A stretch of 45,668 nt of DNA from Thermodesulfobacteriota bacterium (GTDB lineage: Bacteria; Desulfobacterota; Desulfobulbia; Desulfobulbales; SURF-16). The position numbers were made by a program, and so were the translations under genes. The notes under the pieces were generated by a model. It made no database searches. It was not told the origin of the DNA and saw only the letters and a program-made list of their open reading frames with translations. Of this stretch, positions 17,419 to 27,257 are shown piece after piece. The DNA lies in NCBI GenBank assembly GCA_040755455.1, contig JBFMAY010000036.1, positions 1 to 45,668 of the forward strand, in the 5' to 3' direction. Every line of letters starts with the position of its first letter. The first letter of the stretch is position 1.

Positions 17419-18695
17419 GAAAGGAAAGTACCCTTGTACTGATTCTGGCCGGAGGCGTGGGCAGCCGGTTGAACAATCTGGTGCAGACCAGGGCGAAACC
17501 GGCCGTGCCCTTTGGCGGCATTTACCGGATCATCGACTTCAGCCTCAGCAATGTGATGAATTCCGGTTTAACCCAGGTTGGCGTACTGACCCAGTACAAA
17601 CCCCTGTCGCTGATGAAGCATCTCGGCACCGGCGAGGCCTGGGATTTCACCGGCCGCAGCAGGGGGGTTAAGATCCTGCCGCCCCGCACCGGCGCAAAGG
17701 ACTCCGACTGGTATAAGGGCACGGCGGATGCGGTGCGCCAGAACATCGATTTCATCAAGGCCCATCCTTCCGCGGAGATTCTGCTGTTGTCCGGCGATCA
17801 TATCTACCGCATGGACTTTGATGACATGATCAACTTCCACCACCGCAAGCAGGCGGATGTCACCATCGGCATGATGGTGGTGCCGGAAAGCGAGATCCAT
17901 CAGTTCGGCGCCGGCATCACCAACGAGGAGGGGCGTATTATCGACTGGGAGGAGAAGCCCAAGGTGGCGCGCACCAACCTTGCCTCCATGGGCATCTATG
18001 TCTTTGATACCGAATACCTGCTGGGCATGCTGACGGAAAACCGCGACGAGATTGATTTCGGCATGCATCTCATCCCCAGGGCCATTGAGCGGGACAATGT
18101 CTTCGCCTATCCGTTCCACGGCTACTGGCGGGACGTGGGCACCGTGCAGGCCTACTGGGAATCGAATATGGACATCATCCGCGAGGATTCCGGCATCTCC
18201 CCGGAGGTCTGGGGCATCCGGCCCAATGTCGAGGCCGGGGTGGCGGATATCGCCGACCGACCGCCTGCCCGTTTCGCCGCGGGCTCCAAGGTGAAGAATT
18301 CGATGATCGCGGCCGGCTGCGTCATCGAGGGTGAGGTGGTCAACTCCGTGCTCAGCCCCGGAGTGCGGGTGGGGTCCGGGGCCTGCGTGCGCGATTCAAT
18401 TCTGTTTCACGACTGCCAGGTCGGCAAGGGGGCGGTGCTTGATCTGGCCATTCTGGACAAACGGGTACGGGTGGGGGCAGGCGCCCTGGTCGGTCACGGC
18501 GAGGACAAAACCACACCGAACAAGGATTTTCCCAAGCATCTCTACACGGGCATCACCCTGGTGGGCAAGGAGGCCGAGGTGCCGGCCAATGCGGTCATCG
18601 GCCGCAACTGCATCATTGCGCCCCTGACCAGGGCCGGGGATTATCCGGGCCTGCAGCTGCAGACCGGCGAATCTGTCGGGGTGATTGACCTGTAA
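17415..18695 (+). CDS. glgC: Glucose-1-phosphate adenylyltransferase
   Basis: LAGGVGSRL, RAKPAVPFGG, WYKGTADA, LSGDHIY, EKP, ASMGIY and YWRDVGT; ATGA overlap with the upstream paralog. Confidence 0.9.
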   Translation: MRKESTLVLILAGGVGSRLNNLVQTRAKPAVPFGGIYRIIDFSLSNVMNSGLTQVGVLTQYKPLSLMKHLGTGEAWDFTGRSRGVKILPPRTGAKDSDWYKGTADAVRQNIDFIKAHPSAEILLLSGDHIYRMDFDDMINFHHRKQADVTIGMMVVPESEIHQFGAGITNEEGRIIDWEEKPKVARTNLASMGIYVFDTEYLLGMLTENRDEIDFGMHLIPRAIERDNVFAYPFHGYWRDVGTVQAYWESNMDIIREDSGISPEVWGIRPNVEAGVADIADRPPARFAAGSKVKNSMIAAGCVIEGEVVNSVLSPGVRVGSGACVRDSILFHDCQVGKGAVLDLAILDKRVRVGAGALVGHGEDKTTPNKDFPKHLYTGITLVGKEAEVPANAVIGRNCIIAPLTRAGDYPGLQLQTGESVGVIDL

Positions 18696-18704
18696 CGATG
18701 GACT

Positions 18705-18844
18705 GCAGGGGCGGGTTTTATGCCCGCCCTATTTATGATGTAGGGGCAACCCTTGTGGTTGCCCTGTTTCGGGAATGCCACGAGCATTCGGACTGCCCCC
18801 GATCGGGTGGTCATCAGTCGGGCAACCACAAGGGTTGCCTCTAC
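18705..18844. repeat. GTAG-type REP cluster / REPIN doublet
   Basis: GCAGGGGCGGGTTTTATGCCCGCCCT (18705-18730), GTAGGGGCAACCCTTGTGGTTGCCCT (18740-18765) and an inverted copy GGGCAACCACAAGGGTTGCCTCTAC (18820-18844), between convergent genes. Confidence 0.85.
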
Positions 18845-18905
18845 GACCTCAATCAATCTGACGGGCAGCGTGCCAACCTTGCAAAGTGGAATTACCGCCC
18901 CTCCA

Positions 18906-19676
18906 TCACCGCAGGCCGGCGATAAAGGGACCGACCGCCTCCACTCCCTGTTCGTTAACGAGGTTGATGGTCCTGGTGCCGATGACGGCAATGTCGGCCT
19001 TGCCGGTGAGATAGTCCACATCCTCCTTGCGGCTGATGCCGAAACCCACCGCCAGCGGCAGACCGGTATTGGCCCGGCAGGCGCGCATATACCCGTTAAA
19101 GCTCTCGTCAAAATCCGTCTGCCTGCCGGTCACGCCCTTGCGGGCCGCGCAGTAGATAAAGCCGCGGCTGAAGCGGGACAGTTCCCGCATCCGTTCCGGG
19201 GTTGAGGTCGGCGCAAAGATCAGGATCGGGGCAATATCATATTTGCGGCTCAAGGCAAAAAACTCCTCGCCCTCCTCCGGCGGCAGGTCCGGAATGATAA
19301 AGCCCTTGATGCCGATCTCCCGCGCCTTTTTGAAGAACTCCTCCACTCCGAACTTGAAGAGAATGTTGTAATAGGTCATGAAGAGAAAGGGGATGGGGTG
19401 GGCCTTGGTCATCTCCCCGGCAAAATCAAGACAGCCCCGCACGGTGATGCCTTGCTCGATGGCCTCCTGGTTGGCCTTGACAATCACCGGACCGTCTGCC
19501 ATGGGCTCGGAAAAGGGGATCTGCATCTCGATAAGATCCACCCCGTTCGCCACCATCTGCTCGATGGCCAGGCGGTTGGTTTCCAGGGAAGGGTAGCCCA
19601 GCACGATATGCGTCATGAGCAGAATTTTCCTGTCCGGATCAGCCAGCGCTGTTTTGATCTGACTGCTAAGCTCCAT
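18906..19676 (-). CDS. trpA: Tryptophan synthase alpha chain
   Basis: IEMQIPFSEPMADGPVI, FMTYYN, IPDLPPEE, GVTG and AVGFGI; start MELSS overlaps the end of trpB. Confidence 0.95.
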   Translation of the reverse strand: MELSSQIKTALADPDRKILLMTHIVLGYPSLETNRLAIEQMVANGVDLIEMQIPFSEPMADGPVIVKANQEAIEQGITVRGCLDFAGEMTKAHPIPFLFMTYYNILFKFGVEEFFKKAREIGIKGFIIPDLPPEEGEEFFALSRKYDIAPILIFAPTSTPERMRELSRFSRGFIYCAARKGVTGRQTDFDESFNGYMRACRANTGLPLAVGFGISRKEDVDYLTGKADIAVIGTRTINLVNEQGVEAVGPFIAGLR

Positions 19677-20904
19677 ATTCAATTCCTTTCTTTTTGATGA
19701 ATTCTTTCCAGGACGGATCGTCAAAGGCATGGGCAATGGTGAAGATGTCCTTGTCGCCCCGGCCGGACATGTTGATGATGATCGCCTCGTCCGGGCCCAT
19801 ATCGCCCGCCTCCTTGAAGGCCTGCACAAAGGCGTGGGCCGATTCCAGGGCCGGGATGATCCCCTCCTTTTTCATGGTGAGATCAAGGGCGGTCATGACC
19901 TCCGCATCGGTGGCCGCGCTAAAGCGCACCCGCTTTTGCTGCCAGAGATCGGCGAGAATGGGGGAGACGCCGACGTAATCGAGCCCGGCCGCCACCGAGT
20001 GGGTATCCATCATCTGGCCGTCGCTGTTCTGCAGAAACATGGTCTTGTAGCCCTGGGCCACCCCTGGGGAGCCGTCTTTAGCTGCCAGGCGGGAGGCGTG
20101 CTGGCCGCTGTCAAGGCCCTTGCCGCCTGCCTCGACCCCCACCAGCTCAACCGCGGGGTTGTCAAGAAACCCCTGGAAAATCCCCATGGCGTTGGAGCCG
20201 CCGCCGACACAGGCGTAGACCCGGCTAGGCTGTCTGCCGAACTGCTGCTTGATCTGGCCGCACGCCTCCCGGCCGATGATGGACTGAAACCAGGCCACCA
20301 TTGCCGGAAAGGGATGGGGGCCGCACACCGTGCCCATGACGTAATGGGTGTCATCCATGCGGGTCACCCAGTCGCGGAAGGCCTCGTTGATGGCGTCCTT
20401 CAATGTCTTGGAGCCCGAGGTGACCGGCACAACCGTAGCGCCGAGCTTTTCCATCCAGAAGACATTGGGCCGCTGGCGCTGCACATCCTCTTCACCCATG
20501 TAGATGGTGCAGGCAAAACCGAATTTGGCCGCCATGGTGGCGGTGGCCACCCCGTGCTGGCCTGCGCCGGTCTCGGCGATGACCCGCTTTTTGCCCATCC
20601 TTTTCACCAGCAGGCCCTGGCCCATGACATTGTTGGCCTTGTGGGCGCCGGTGTGGTTGAGGTCTTCCCGCTTGATGTAGATCTGCGCCCCGCCGAAATG
20701 GCGGGAGAGATTCTCCGCATGGGTCAACGGGGTGGGGCGGCAGGAGTAAGTGCTCATCAGGCTGACGTATTCCTGCCAGAAGGCCGGGTCGGCCTTGGCC
20801 TGTTGAAAGGCGTCATTGAGTTCGCGGAAGGTCTGGTACAGCACTTCCGGAATGAAGGCGCCGCCCCATTCTCCGTAATATCCTGGCTTGTTCGTTTTGT
20901 TCAT
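19666..20904 (-). CDS. trpB: Tryptophan synthase beta chain
   Basis: KREDLNHTGAHK, AETGAGQHG, CVGGGSN, AGLDY, PALESAHA and SGRGDKD. Confidence 0.97.
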   Translation of the reverse strand: MNKTNKPGYYGEWGGAFIPEVLYQTFRELNDAFQQAKADPAFWQEYVSLMSTYSCRPTPLTHAENLSRHFGGAQIYIKREDLNHTGAHKANNVMGQGLLVKRMGKKRVIAETGAGQHGVATATMAAKFGFACTIYMGEEDVQRQRPNVFWMEKLGATVVPVTSGSKTLKDAINEAFRDWVTRMDDTHYVMGTVCGPHPFPAMVAWFQSIIGREACGQIKQQFGRQPSRVYACVGGGSNAMGIFQGFLDNPAVELVGVEAGGKGLDSGQHASRLAAKDGSPGVAQGYKTMFLQNSDGQMMDTHSVAAGLDYVGVSPILADLWQQKRVRFSAATDAEVMTALDLTMKKEGIIPALESAHAFVQAFKEAGDMGPDEAIIINMSGRGDKDIFTIAHAFDDPSWKEFIKKKGIEYGA

Positions 20905-21103
20905 TTGGGTGTGGCTATCCGTTTAGGGTTCAGCGTTGGCAATTGGTAGTCATTAAATCAAGGGGGTTACTATACACCCGATTGGCTAAAAAATCAGTAC
21001 CCTTTTTTGGCGTGGAGAGGGGAGAGTCCGGGTTGCGGGTTGCCGGTGTGTAGAGGGGGATGGGTGGGTGAATATCTTCACCTGGGCCTTGCGTCCGGCA
21101 ATC

Positions 21104-21547
21104 TTATGCGGCCTGCTGAGCGTGGAGCACCTCCCAGCCGAGGCAGGCAAGTTTGATATAGATGGGAATCGGCTTATGCCCGCCATGATAGTACACCACC
21201 GTTCGTCGGGTGATCCCGAGTGCCTTGGCCGCGGCGCTGAGTGAGAGACCGTTGCGGGTCATCCAGGCATTGAACTCGACCACGGAGAAGGCCGTGCCTG
21301 CCTGCTCTTTGCCGAGTCGATAGAGGGTGTCTGCGTCGATACCGATTTCACCATCTGCCCACTCCACCCCATGCCCCCATTCCTCGACCACGGCGGTTGC
21401 AAAAAATTTTGGATCCCGCAGCCGTTCGTAGCCGGGTGAATCAAGGTATCCTGATATATCAACCTTGGTTTTTTTGCCTTTGCGCCAGACTATGACCAGC
21501 AGATTCGGAGCTTCCGCCGTAACAGAAGCTATTCTTTTTTGATCCAT
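21104..21547 (-). CDS. DUF2442 plus HTH protein, putative antitoxin
   Basis: LRDPKFF...WGHGVEWADGEIGIDADTLY followed by an HTH (LSLSAAAKALGITRRTV); lies downstream of the DUF4160 gene. Confidence 0.8.
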   Translation of the reverse strand: MDQKRIASVTAEAPNLLVIVWRKGKKTKVDISGYLDSPGYERLRDPKFFATAVVEEWGHGVEWADGEIGIDADTLYRLGKEQAGTAFSVVEFNAWMTRNGLSLSAAAKALGITRRTVVYYHGGHKPIPIYIKLACLGWEVLHAQQAA

Positions 21548-21553
21548 GCCGGT

Positions 21554-21784
21554 TTACCTCCGGTTGAGTTCATGCCATACTGCCCAAAGCCACTCCCTGT
21601 TGATCTCCGCCCACTCACGGGCCTCTGCTAGAATGATGGCGGGCGGGTTGCCAATAATGACCTCAAGCGTTTCAATGGCTATGGATGCCCGTCCGTCAGG
21701 CCATCGCAGGTGGAAGTGGGGAATGCCATGCTCCCGGCCAAAAATTTCAATCTTCCAGTTGCGATTATGATGGAGGCGGGTCAT
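21554..21784 (-). CDS. DUF4160 protein, putative toxin
   Basis: REHGIPHFHL...AREWAEINREWLWAVW. Confidence 0.85.
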   Translation of the reverse strand: MTRLHHNRNWKIEIFGREHGIPHFHLRWPDGRASIAIETLEVIIGNPPAIILAEAREWAEINREWLWAVWHELNRR

Positions 21785-21792
21785 ATGAAAAG

Positions 21793-21821
21793 AGTATAGG
21801 GAATAATATTCCCTATGTCAA
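21793..21821 (-). promoter_or_regulatory. Sigma70 promoter with palindromic operator
   Basis: TTGACA-17 nt-TATACT; perfect palindrome ATAGGGAATA-A-TATTCCCTAT (21796-21816) fills the spacer. Confidence 0.85.
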
Positions 21822-22068
21822 CTAGAGGTGATGAATTGTATATGAAATGGCTATCAGTTTATTTATGGCATTGTCCCTCTTTCCTTTTGCCATTGACATC
21901 CTGCGATCACCGGTTTAATAGGAAAAAGATGATGCTACTCCCAGTAAGGTCGATCTTCCTGAAAAAGCGTTTAAATATCATGTTCAGCTACTTCCAATGA
22001 CTAACTGGTCCGTAAAAAGAATGGTGAGCGCTTAATTCTTATCATGCAAAGACGAACAGAAAAAAATC

Positions 22069-24360
22069 ATGCTTGAACGAATATTGGAAATTCAAGGGAT
22101 AGGACTGCTGCACAACGCAAACGGCAAATCCCATAGCTGTAAAAAAGCTACACTCATCTATGCGGACAACGGACGTGGGAAGTCTACATTAACGTCAATG
22201 TTGCGCTCTGTGTCCACTGGAGAGGCATGGTTGATTACCACCCGCAAGACGCTTGATGGAATATTACCACCCAAGGTAATTCTACAGTTCGGCAGCGGCC
22301 ACAAAGTTATGTTTGAGAATGGTAGCTGGACAAAACAACGACCAGAAGTGCTGGTTTTTGATGCTGACTTTGTTGAGCGCAATGTACATTCAGGTGGCAC
22401 TGTCAGTACTGGACATCGCAAGAGCCTCCTTGAATTTGCCCTTGGTGAACCAGCGGTTGCAGCCCGTGAAGAAGTCGAAAAAACTACTGGTAAGGCAAAA
22501 GAGGCAGACGGAAACGTTCAAAAGCTGACCGGGCAACTTTTCGGATATCACGGAGGTATGAACCTGGCACAGTTCGAGCAGCTGCCACAAGTGACTGACA
22601 TCGACCTCACGATCATTGAGATCCAGAAACGAATCAGCGCTGCCCGGAATGTGGCAGCGATTCTTGCAAGGCCAGTCCCAATAATGGTTGCTGAGCCGTC
22701 TTTTAATATTGACAGTCTGTTTATGGTTCTTTCCTCCTCTCTCGAAAATGTTCATAAGGAATCCGAGCTACTTGTCAGACAACACATTGCGAAACTAGGA
22801 AGAAAAAAAGGCGCAGAGAGCTGGTTGAGTCAGGGGGGGCAGTTTGATGACAGCGAATTATGCCCATACTGCGGTCAAAGTACGTCAGGTGTCAACCTCA
22901 TACGCGCCTATCGAACCCATTTTAATGCAGAGTACAACAAATTAAAGGATATGGTCGCTGCAGTGTATAACTACGTCGATGCCAACACCGTTCCAGGTAT
23001 TGTTGACCGCATTGAGCAGAGTGTCGATACGGCATCAGCGCAGGCGAGGGCTTGGGCCGAGTACGTTCCAACAGAAATGATAGCTTTTGATGTGGATTCA
23101 GCCCGTGCTGCGTTAGACAAATTTCAGTCCCTTGTTCTCAATCTTTCTTTGAAAAAGAAGGTATCACCGGCTGAAAGAATGGGCACTGCGGAAGAAAAAG
23201 AAGAGGCTGTAAAGTTGTGGCAATCGGTGGTCGCACCGATAAAGACTGCGAATTTGGCCATTAATAAAGCCATTAAGCTCATCAACACATACAAAGCCCA
23301 ACTCAACTCCGAAGATGTCATACAATTACAACAGCAGGAAAAGCTCCTGCAAGTAACTAAAGAACGTTACAGCCCGCAAGTGGTTGAACTCTTTATTCAG
23401 CTCAGCAAGGCAAGGACCGCTGTAGAGAAAGCCGAGAATTCCAAGAAGACAGCGCGCGAGAAACTTGATGCGTTGATGACGGAAACGTTGAGGCGGTATG
23501 AAAAATCCATAAATGACCATCTGAAAAATTTTGGTGCTTCCTTCAGCATCAAGGGCATGTGTGCCAATTTTAGAGGAGCAGGGCCACGAAGCGAGTATGG
23601 TCTGTTGCTTCGCGGAAAAGATGTTCCTCTCGAAGGCGGGCCTCCGTCTTTTGCAACGGCCCTAAGTGAGGGAGACAAGCGAACTTTAGCCTTTGCGTTT
23701 TTCATTGCAAGTACGCTGGCAGACGCGAAATTGGCAACACGAATCGTAGTTATCGATGACCCAATGTGCAGTCTGGACCTGAATCGCAAGCATCAAACGA
23801 GAACGGTATTGAAGAAGATATACTCAAAAGCCGATCAACTCATTGTGCTTGCACACGATCCGTATTTTATTCGTGACCTCCGAGACAAACTGTATAAGGA
23901 TGACAAGTCGTCGCAACAAATTGCATTGTTTCAATTGGCTCCAGCACCGGGTGATTACACAGATTTTGCGCCACTCGACATAGACAGGGAGTGTGAGTCG
24001 ATCTATTTTCAACACCACCGTTTGCTCAACGATTTTGCAGGGGGCAAGGGAGGGAACCCCAGGTCAGTTGCAAAAGCTATTCGACCGATGCTTGAAGGCT
24101 ACCTCCATCGTAGGTTTCCCTGCCATATTCCTAAGTCACTGCTGTTCGGTCAGGTGGTAGACTGTATTCGAAATGCTGTGGCGCCCAGTCCGCTTTGTTA
24201 TGCTGCCGGTCTGGTGGATGAGCTTAATGAGATCAATGACTATGCGGGGCAATTTCATCACGATACAAATCCTGGGGGCGCAGAAGCAGTCGTCATAACT
24301 GCCTCAGAGTTGAAGACCTTTGTTGATAGAGCATTGGCAGTCGTACACGGAAACACATAA
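22069..24360 (+). CDS. RloC-like ABC-ATPase (AAA_13) with zinc hook and C-terminal HEPN-like domain
   Basis: Walker A YADNGRGKST, CPYC zinc hook within a coiled coil, LSEGDK signature, VVIDDP, LAHD, and C-terminal IRPMLEGYL...INDYAGQFHH; lower GC than the backbone. Confidence 0.8.
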   Translation: MLERILEIQGIGLLHNANGKSHSCKKATLIYADNGRGKSTLTSMLRSVSTGEAWLITTRKTLDGILPPKVILQFGSGHKVMFENGSWTKQRPEVLVFDADFVERNVHSGGTVSTGHRKSLLEFALGEPAVAAREEVEKTTGKAKEADGNVQKLTGQLFGYHGGMNLAQFEQLPQVTDIDLTIIEIQKRISAARNVAAILARPVPIMVAEPSFNIDSLFMVLSSSLENVHKESELLVRQHIAKLGRKKGAESWLSQGGQFDDSELCPYCGQSTSGVNLIRAYRTHFNAEYNKLKDMVAAVYNYVDANTVPGIVDRIEQSVDTASAQARAWAEYVPTEMIAFDVDSARAALDKFQSLVLNLSLKKKVSPAERMGTAEEKEEAVKLWQSVVAPIKTANLAINKAIKLINTYKAQLNSEDVIQLQQQEKLLQVTKERYSPQVVELFIQLSKARTAVEKAENSKKTAREKLDALMTETLRRYEKSINDHLKNFGASFSIKGMCANFRGAGPRSEYGLLLRGKDVPLEGGPPSFATALSEGDKRTLAFAFFIASTLADAKLATRIVVIDDPMCSLDLNRKHQTRTVLKKIYSKADQLIVLAHDPYFIRDLRDKLYKDDKSSQQIALFQLAPAPGDYTDFAPLDIDRECESIYFQHHRLLNDFAGGKGGNPRSVAKAIRPMLEGYLHRRFPCHIPKSLLFGQVVDCIRNAVAPSPLCYAAGLVDELNEINDYAGQFHHDTNPGGAEAVVITASELKTFVDRALAVVHGNT

Positions 24361-24364
24361 TTCA

Positions 24365-24529
24365 TCAAGATGAATAAAAAACAGAAACTTGAATTGATTT
24401 AGTGGCCGCTCTGGGAAACCCTTGTTCCAGAACATAAGAACCGAATAGGCCGAGGCGTTGCACTCCGTAGCGCGCCACAATTTCCGGTTTGCTGCTCCTG
24501 ATGATGTCGATGATTTCTTTTTTATCCAT
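24365..24529 (-). pseudogene. Truncated minimal nucleotidyltransferase (MNT) gene
   Basis: Translates MDKKEIIDIIRSSKPEIVARYGVQRLGLFGSYV and then loses similarity before the SDxD motif; 54 aa, below the ORF track cutoff. Confidence 0.7.
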
Positions 24530-24651
24530 AGCCGTGTGGTGGACGAGCGCCAGGCGCCATCATCAAATTGATAATTGATGGGAAAATGATAGCCTGAATC
24601 GACAGGGGCAGAACAGTCATCCGGCCCAGCTGCGGTTGCTAAATTTCAGTT

Positions 24652-27075
24652 TCACCCATTAACCTTGAAGCGGTTCATCATGTCCTCAAGCTGCCGGGCC
24701 AGCTCCGCCAGTCTCACCGCTGCCTGGCTGATGGAGTTGATGCCCTCGGCGTTCTCGGTGGTCCGCTGGTTCACCGCCTGGATATTGGCGGACACCTCGC
24801 TGGTGCCGTTGCTCAGCTCTGCAATGGCGGTGCTGATGGTGTTGGTGCCGTCGTTGGCCTGGGACACTGCGGCGGCAATGTCCTGGGCTACCCCGACCTG
24901 TTCGCTCACGGCATTGGTGATCATGGCGGATGAGTCGTTCACCTGGCTGACGATTGCCGTCACCTCGGTGATAATGGCCACCGCCTGCCGGGTGCTGGCC
25001 TGCACCTCGCTGATGCGGGCGGCGATACTGCCGGTGGCCTCGGAGGTCTGGCGGGCCAGCTCCTTGACCTCGCCGGCCACCACGGCAAATCCCTTGCCGG
25101 CCTCACCGGCCCTGGCCGCTTCAATGGTGGCGTTTAAGGCGAGCAGCTTGGTCTGCCCGGAGATCTCGCCGATCACCCGGGTGACCTCGCTGATTTCATT
25201 GGCTGCCTGCTGCAGCTCGTTGATGGCCTGGGTTGCGGAACTGGCCTTGTCCAGGGCCGTCCTGGTGACCCGGGTGCCCTCTTCGGCATTGCTGCCGATC
25301 TCGGCGATGCTGGCGCTCATCTCTTCCGTGGCACCTGCGGCGCTCTGCATGGACTGGGAGATCTGCCGGACCGTGTCCGCGACACTGCCGGTATTGACGC
25401 TGATCTCTTCCGTGGCTCCGGCAATGTTGGCCGACTGGGAGGAGATCTCTTCCGAACTGGCGGAGAGCCGGGTGGAGACGTCGGACAGATCTTTAGCGGA
25501 GCTGGACAGCTGCTGGGAGTTGTCGAGAATATTTCTGACCAGCATATTGAGATTGCCGATCATCTTATTGATTGATTTGCCGAAGGTGTCCATCTCGGAG
25601 GTGATGGTTACTTTCCCGGTCAGATCACCATTGCCGATTCTTTCGATCACTGCCGTGCGGGTCAGCAGCTCGTCTTTCAGGGCGTTCAAGGCCGAGGCCA
25701 TGATGGTCAGCTCATCGCCGATTCCCTGCTTGTAGACCGCGCATTCCTTGCAGTCGCCTCCGGCCGCGGCGTGCGGACAATGAGCCACCGCGGCAAAGGA
25801 GCCGGATTCGGTCCAGCAGTATGCCTCCTTGCCGAAGCTCGGGCAATCGGGCTTGTTGCATTGCTTGAGTTGTGAGCAGTTCTGGGCCTTGCCCATGTGC
25901 AGGTTGGCGGCGAGGTCCCCCTTGCCCAGTTTTTTGCAGAACTCGACGGAGGCGGTCAGCGGCCGGTTGATGACCGCGGTGATAAAAAAGATCAGGCCGC
26001 CGACAAAACAGACAATGGCAACAAGGATCCCTATGGCGATGTTGCGCTGCAGGGCCTTGAGCGCCCTGTTCCCCTCTTCCCTGATGTTGGTTATCATCTC
26101 GAGCTGCTCGGTAATGTCGGTGATGATGACCATGACCCCCACCGTTTTGCCGGTAAAATTCTGCACCGGAAAGCCGGTCAGATAAAAGTTGCCTGCCTGT
26201 TCGGAGGTGGGGATTTCATGTCCCCTGGCAAGCAGGGCGCCATTGATCAGCGGCGTGCTGAGTTCCGGGTTGGTGCCTGCCGCCAGCACGAACTTGTTGT
26301 CAAGAAGCGGATACTTGTCCGCATCGTTCATCATGGTCGCCACGGACAGCTGGTCGGCATCGAGATAAATGGCGTAGTCAACCAGCTTGCTGGTTTTGCT
26401 GACCTGCATCAGGTTGTCAACGCTGTAGATCACCTCGTTTGAGCCGAGATGATTCGCCGCTCCGTCGTTAATCGGGGCGATGCCGAAGATGGCAAAACCG
26501 CTGGGCACGATCTCAATGCCGGTCAGCGCCTTGTGGCTCACCTGGTTCACCGTCATGACCGATTTCCGGAAGGAGGAGATGTCGTCCGAGATGTCAACCT
26601 CATAGCCGTCCCGTACGGCCTGCCACCCGTCCCGCCAGAGACGGACCAGGCTGCGGCCGTTGGGCAGGTGAAAATGTATTTTGAGCGCCTTGGCGCCGGT
26701 GTGCTCGGTGTAATCGGCGATGATGGGCCGAAAGTAGGAGCGCAGCTGTTCACGGGCCTGCTGGGCCTTGGGGTCCTCCTCGTCGTCAATGTTGCCGGCC
26801 AGGGCGACCTTGTAGGCGGAGATCACTTCGGAATTGCCGGCAAACAGGGCGGCCTCGTTCAGCGCTTTTTTAGCGATGCGGTCGATGGTATTGTTGAGCT
26901 CCCTGATTTTTTCGTCCGAGGAAATTTTCAGGGACTGGAACATGGCATCCTGGGCCTGCTGCACCTGCTGCTGGACGCTGGATGTGATCAGCCTGCTCAC
27001 CAGCAGTGCCCCGGCAACGCCGAAGAAAATAAAAAAGAAGACTGTGGGAGCCGTGATCTTGGTTCTGATATTCAT
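24652..27075 (-). CDS. Methyl-accepting chemotaxis protein with periplasmic Cache-like domain and Cys-rich insert
   Basis: Two TM segments, HAMP-like regions and the hairpin tip [34 protein letters not shown]. Confidence 0.95.
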   Translation of the reverse strand: MNIRTKITAPTVFFFIFFGVAGALLVSRLITSSVQQQVQQAQDAMFQSLKISSDEKIRELNNTIDRIAKKALNEAALFAGNSEVISAYKVALAGNIDDEEDPKAQQAREQLRSYFRPIIADYTEHTGAKALKIHFHLPNGRSLVRLWRDGWQAVRDGYEVDISDDISSFRKSVMTVNQVSHKALTGIEIVPSGFAIFGIAPINDGAANHLGSNEVIYSVDNLMQVSKTSKLVDYAIYLDADQLSVATMMNDADKYPLLDNKFVLAAGTNPELSTPLINGALLARGHEIPTSEQAGNFYLTGFPVQNFTGKTVGVMVIITDITEQLEMITNIREEGNRALKALQRNIAIGILVAIVCFVGGLIFFITAVINRPLTASVEFCKKLGKGDLAANLHMGKAQNCSQLKQCNKPDCPSFGKEAYCWTESGSFAAVAHCPHAAAGGDCKECAVYKQGIGDELTIMASALNALKDELLTRTAVIERIGNGDLTGKVTITSEMDTFGKSINKMIGNLNMLVRNILDNSQQLSSSAKDLSDVSTRLSASSEEISSQSANIAGATEEISVNTGSVADTVRQISQSMQSAAGATEEMSASIAEIGSNAEEGTRVTRTALDKASSATQAINELQQAANEISEVTRVIGEISGQTKLLALNATIEAARAGEAGKGFAVVAGEVKELARQTSEATGSIAARISEVQASTRQAVAIITEVTAIVSQVNDSSAMITNAVSEQVGVAQDIAAAVSQANDGTNTISTAIAELSNGTSEVSANIQAVNQRTTENAEGINSISQAAVRLAELARQLEDMMNRFKVNG

Positions 27076-27173
27076 GGGCTAATCCTTTTGCCGGGACCGT
27101 ATATGTTTGATGGCGCATCCGCATTACTGCCAAAAAAAGGCGGGTGGGCGCGGAAACCGTTTATCAGGAAAAA

Positions 27174-27198
27174 TTATCGGACATTTACCGGCACTTTG
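27174..27198 (-). promoter_or_regulatory. Possible sigma28 (FliA) promoter of the MCP gene
   Basis: CAAAG-N12-TCCGATAA about 100 bp upstream; good -10 box, imperfect spacing. Confidence 0.35.
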
Positions 27199-27257
27199 TC
27201 AATTATGAATTGACCGGCAAAGGCATTGCCGCGGGATGGCCTGAGGATGAGAAATTC

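Noticed and set aside
21815..22000. 61-aa ORF, and an antisense RKIDL peptide as the missing MNT C-terminus
   Set aside because: No convincing similarity or RBS; too weak to call.
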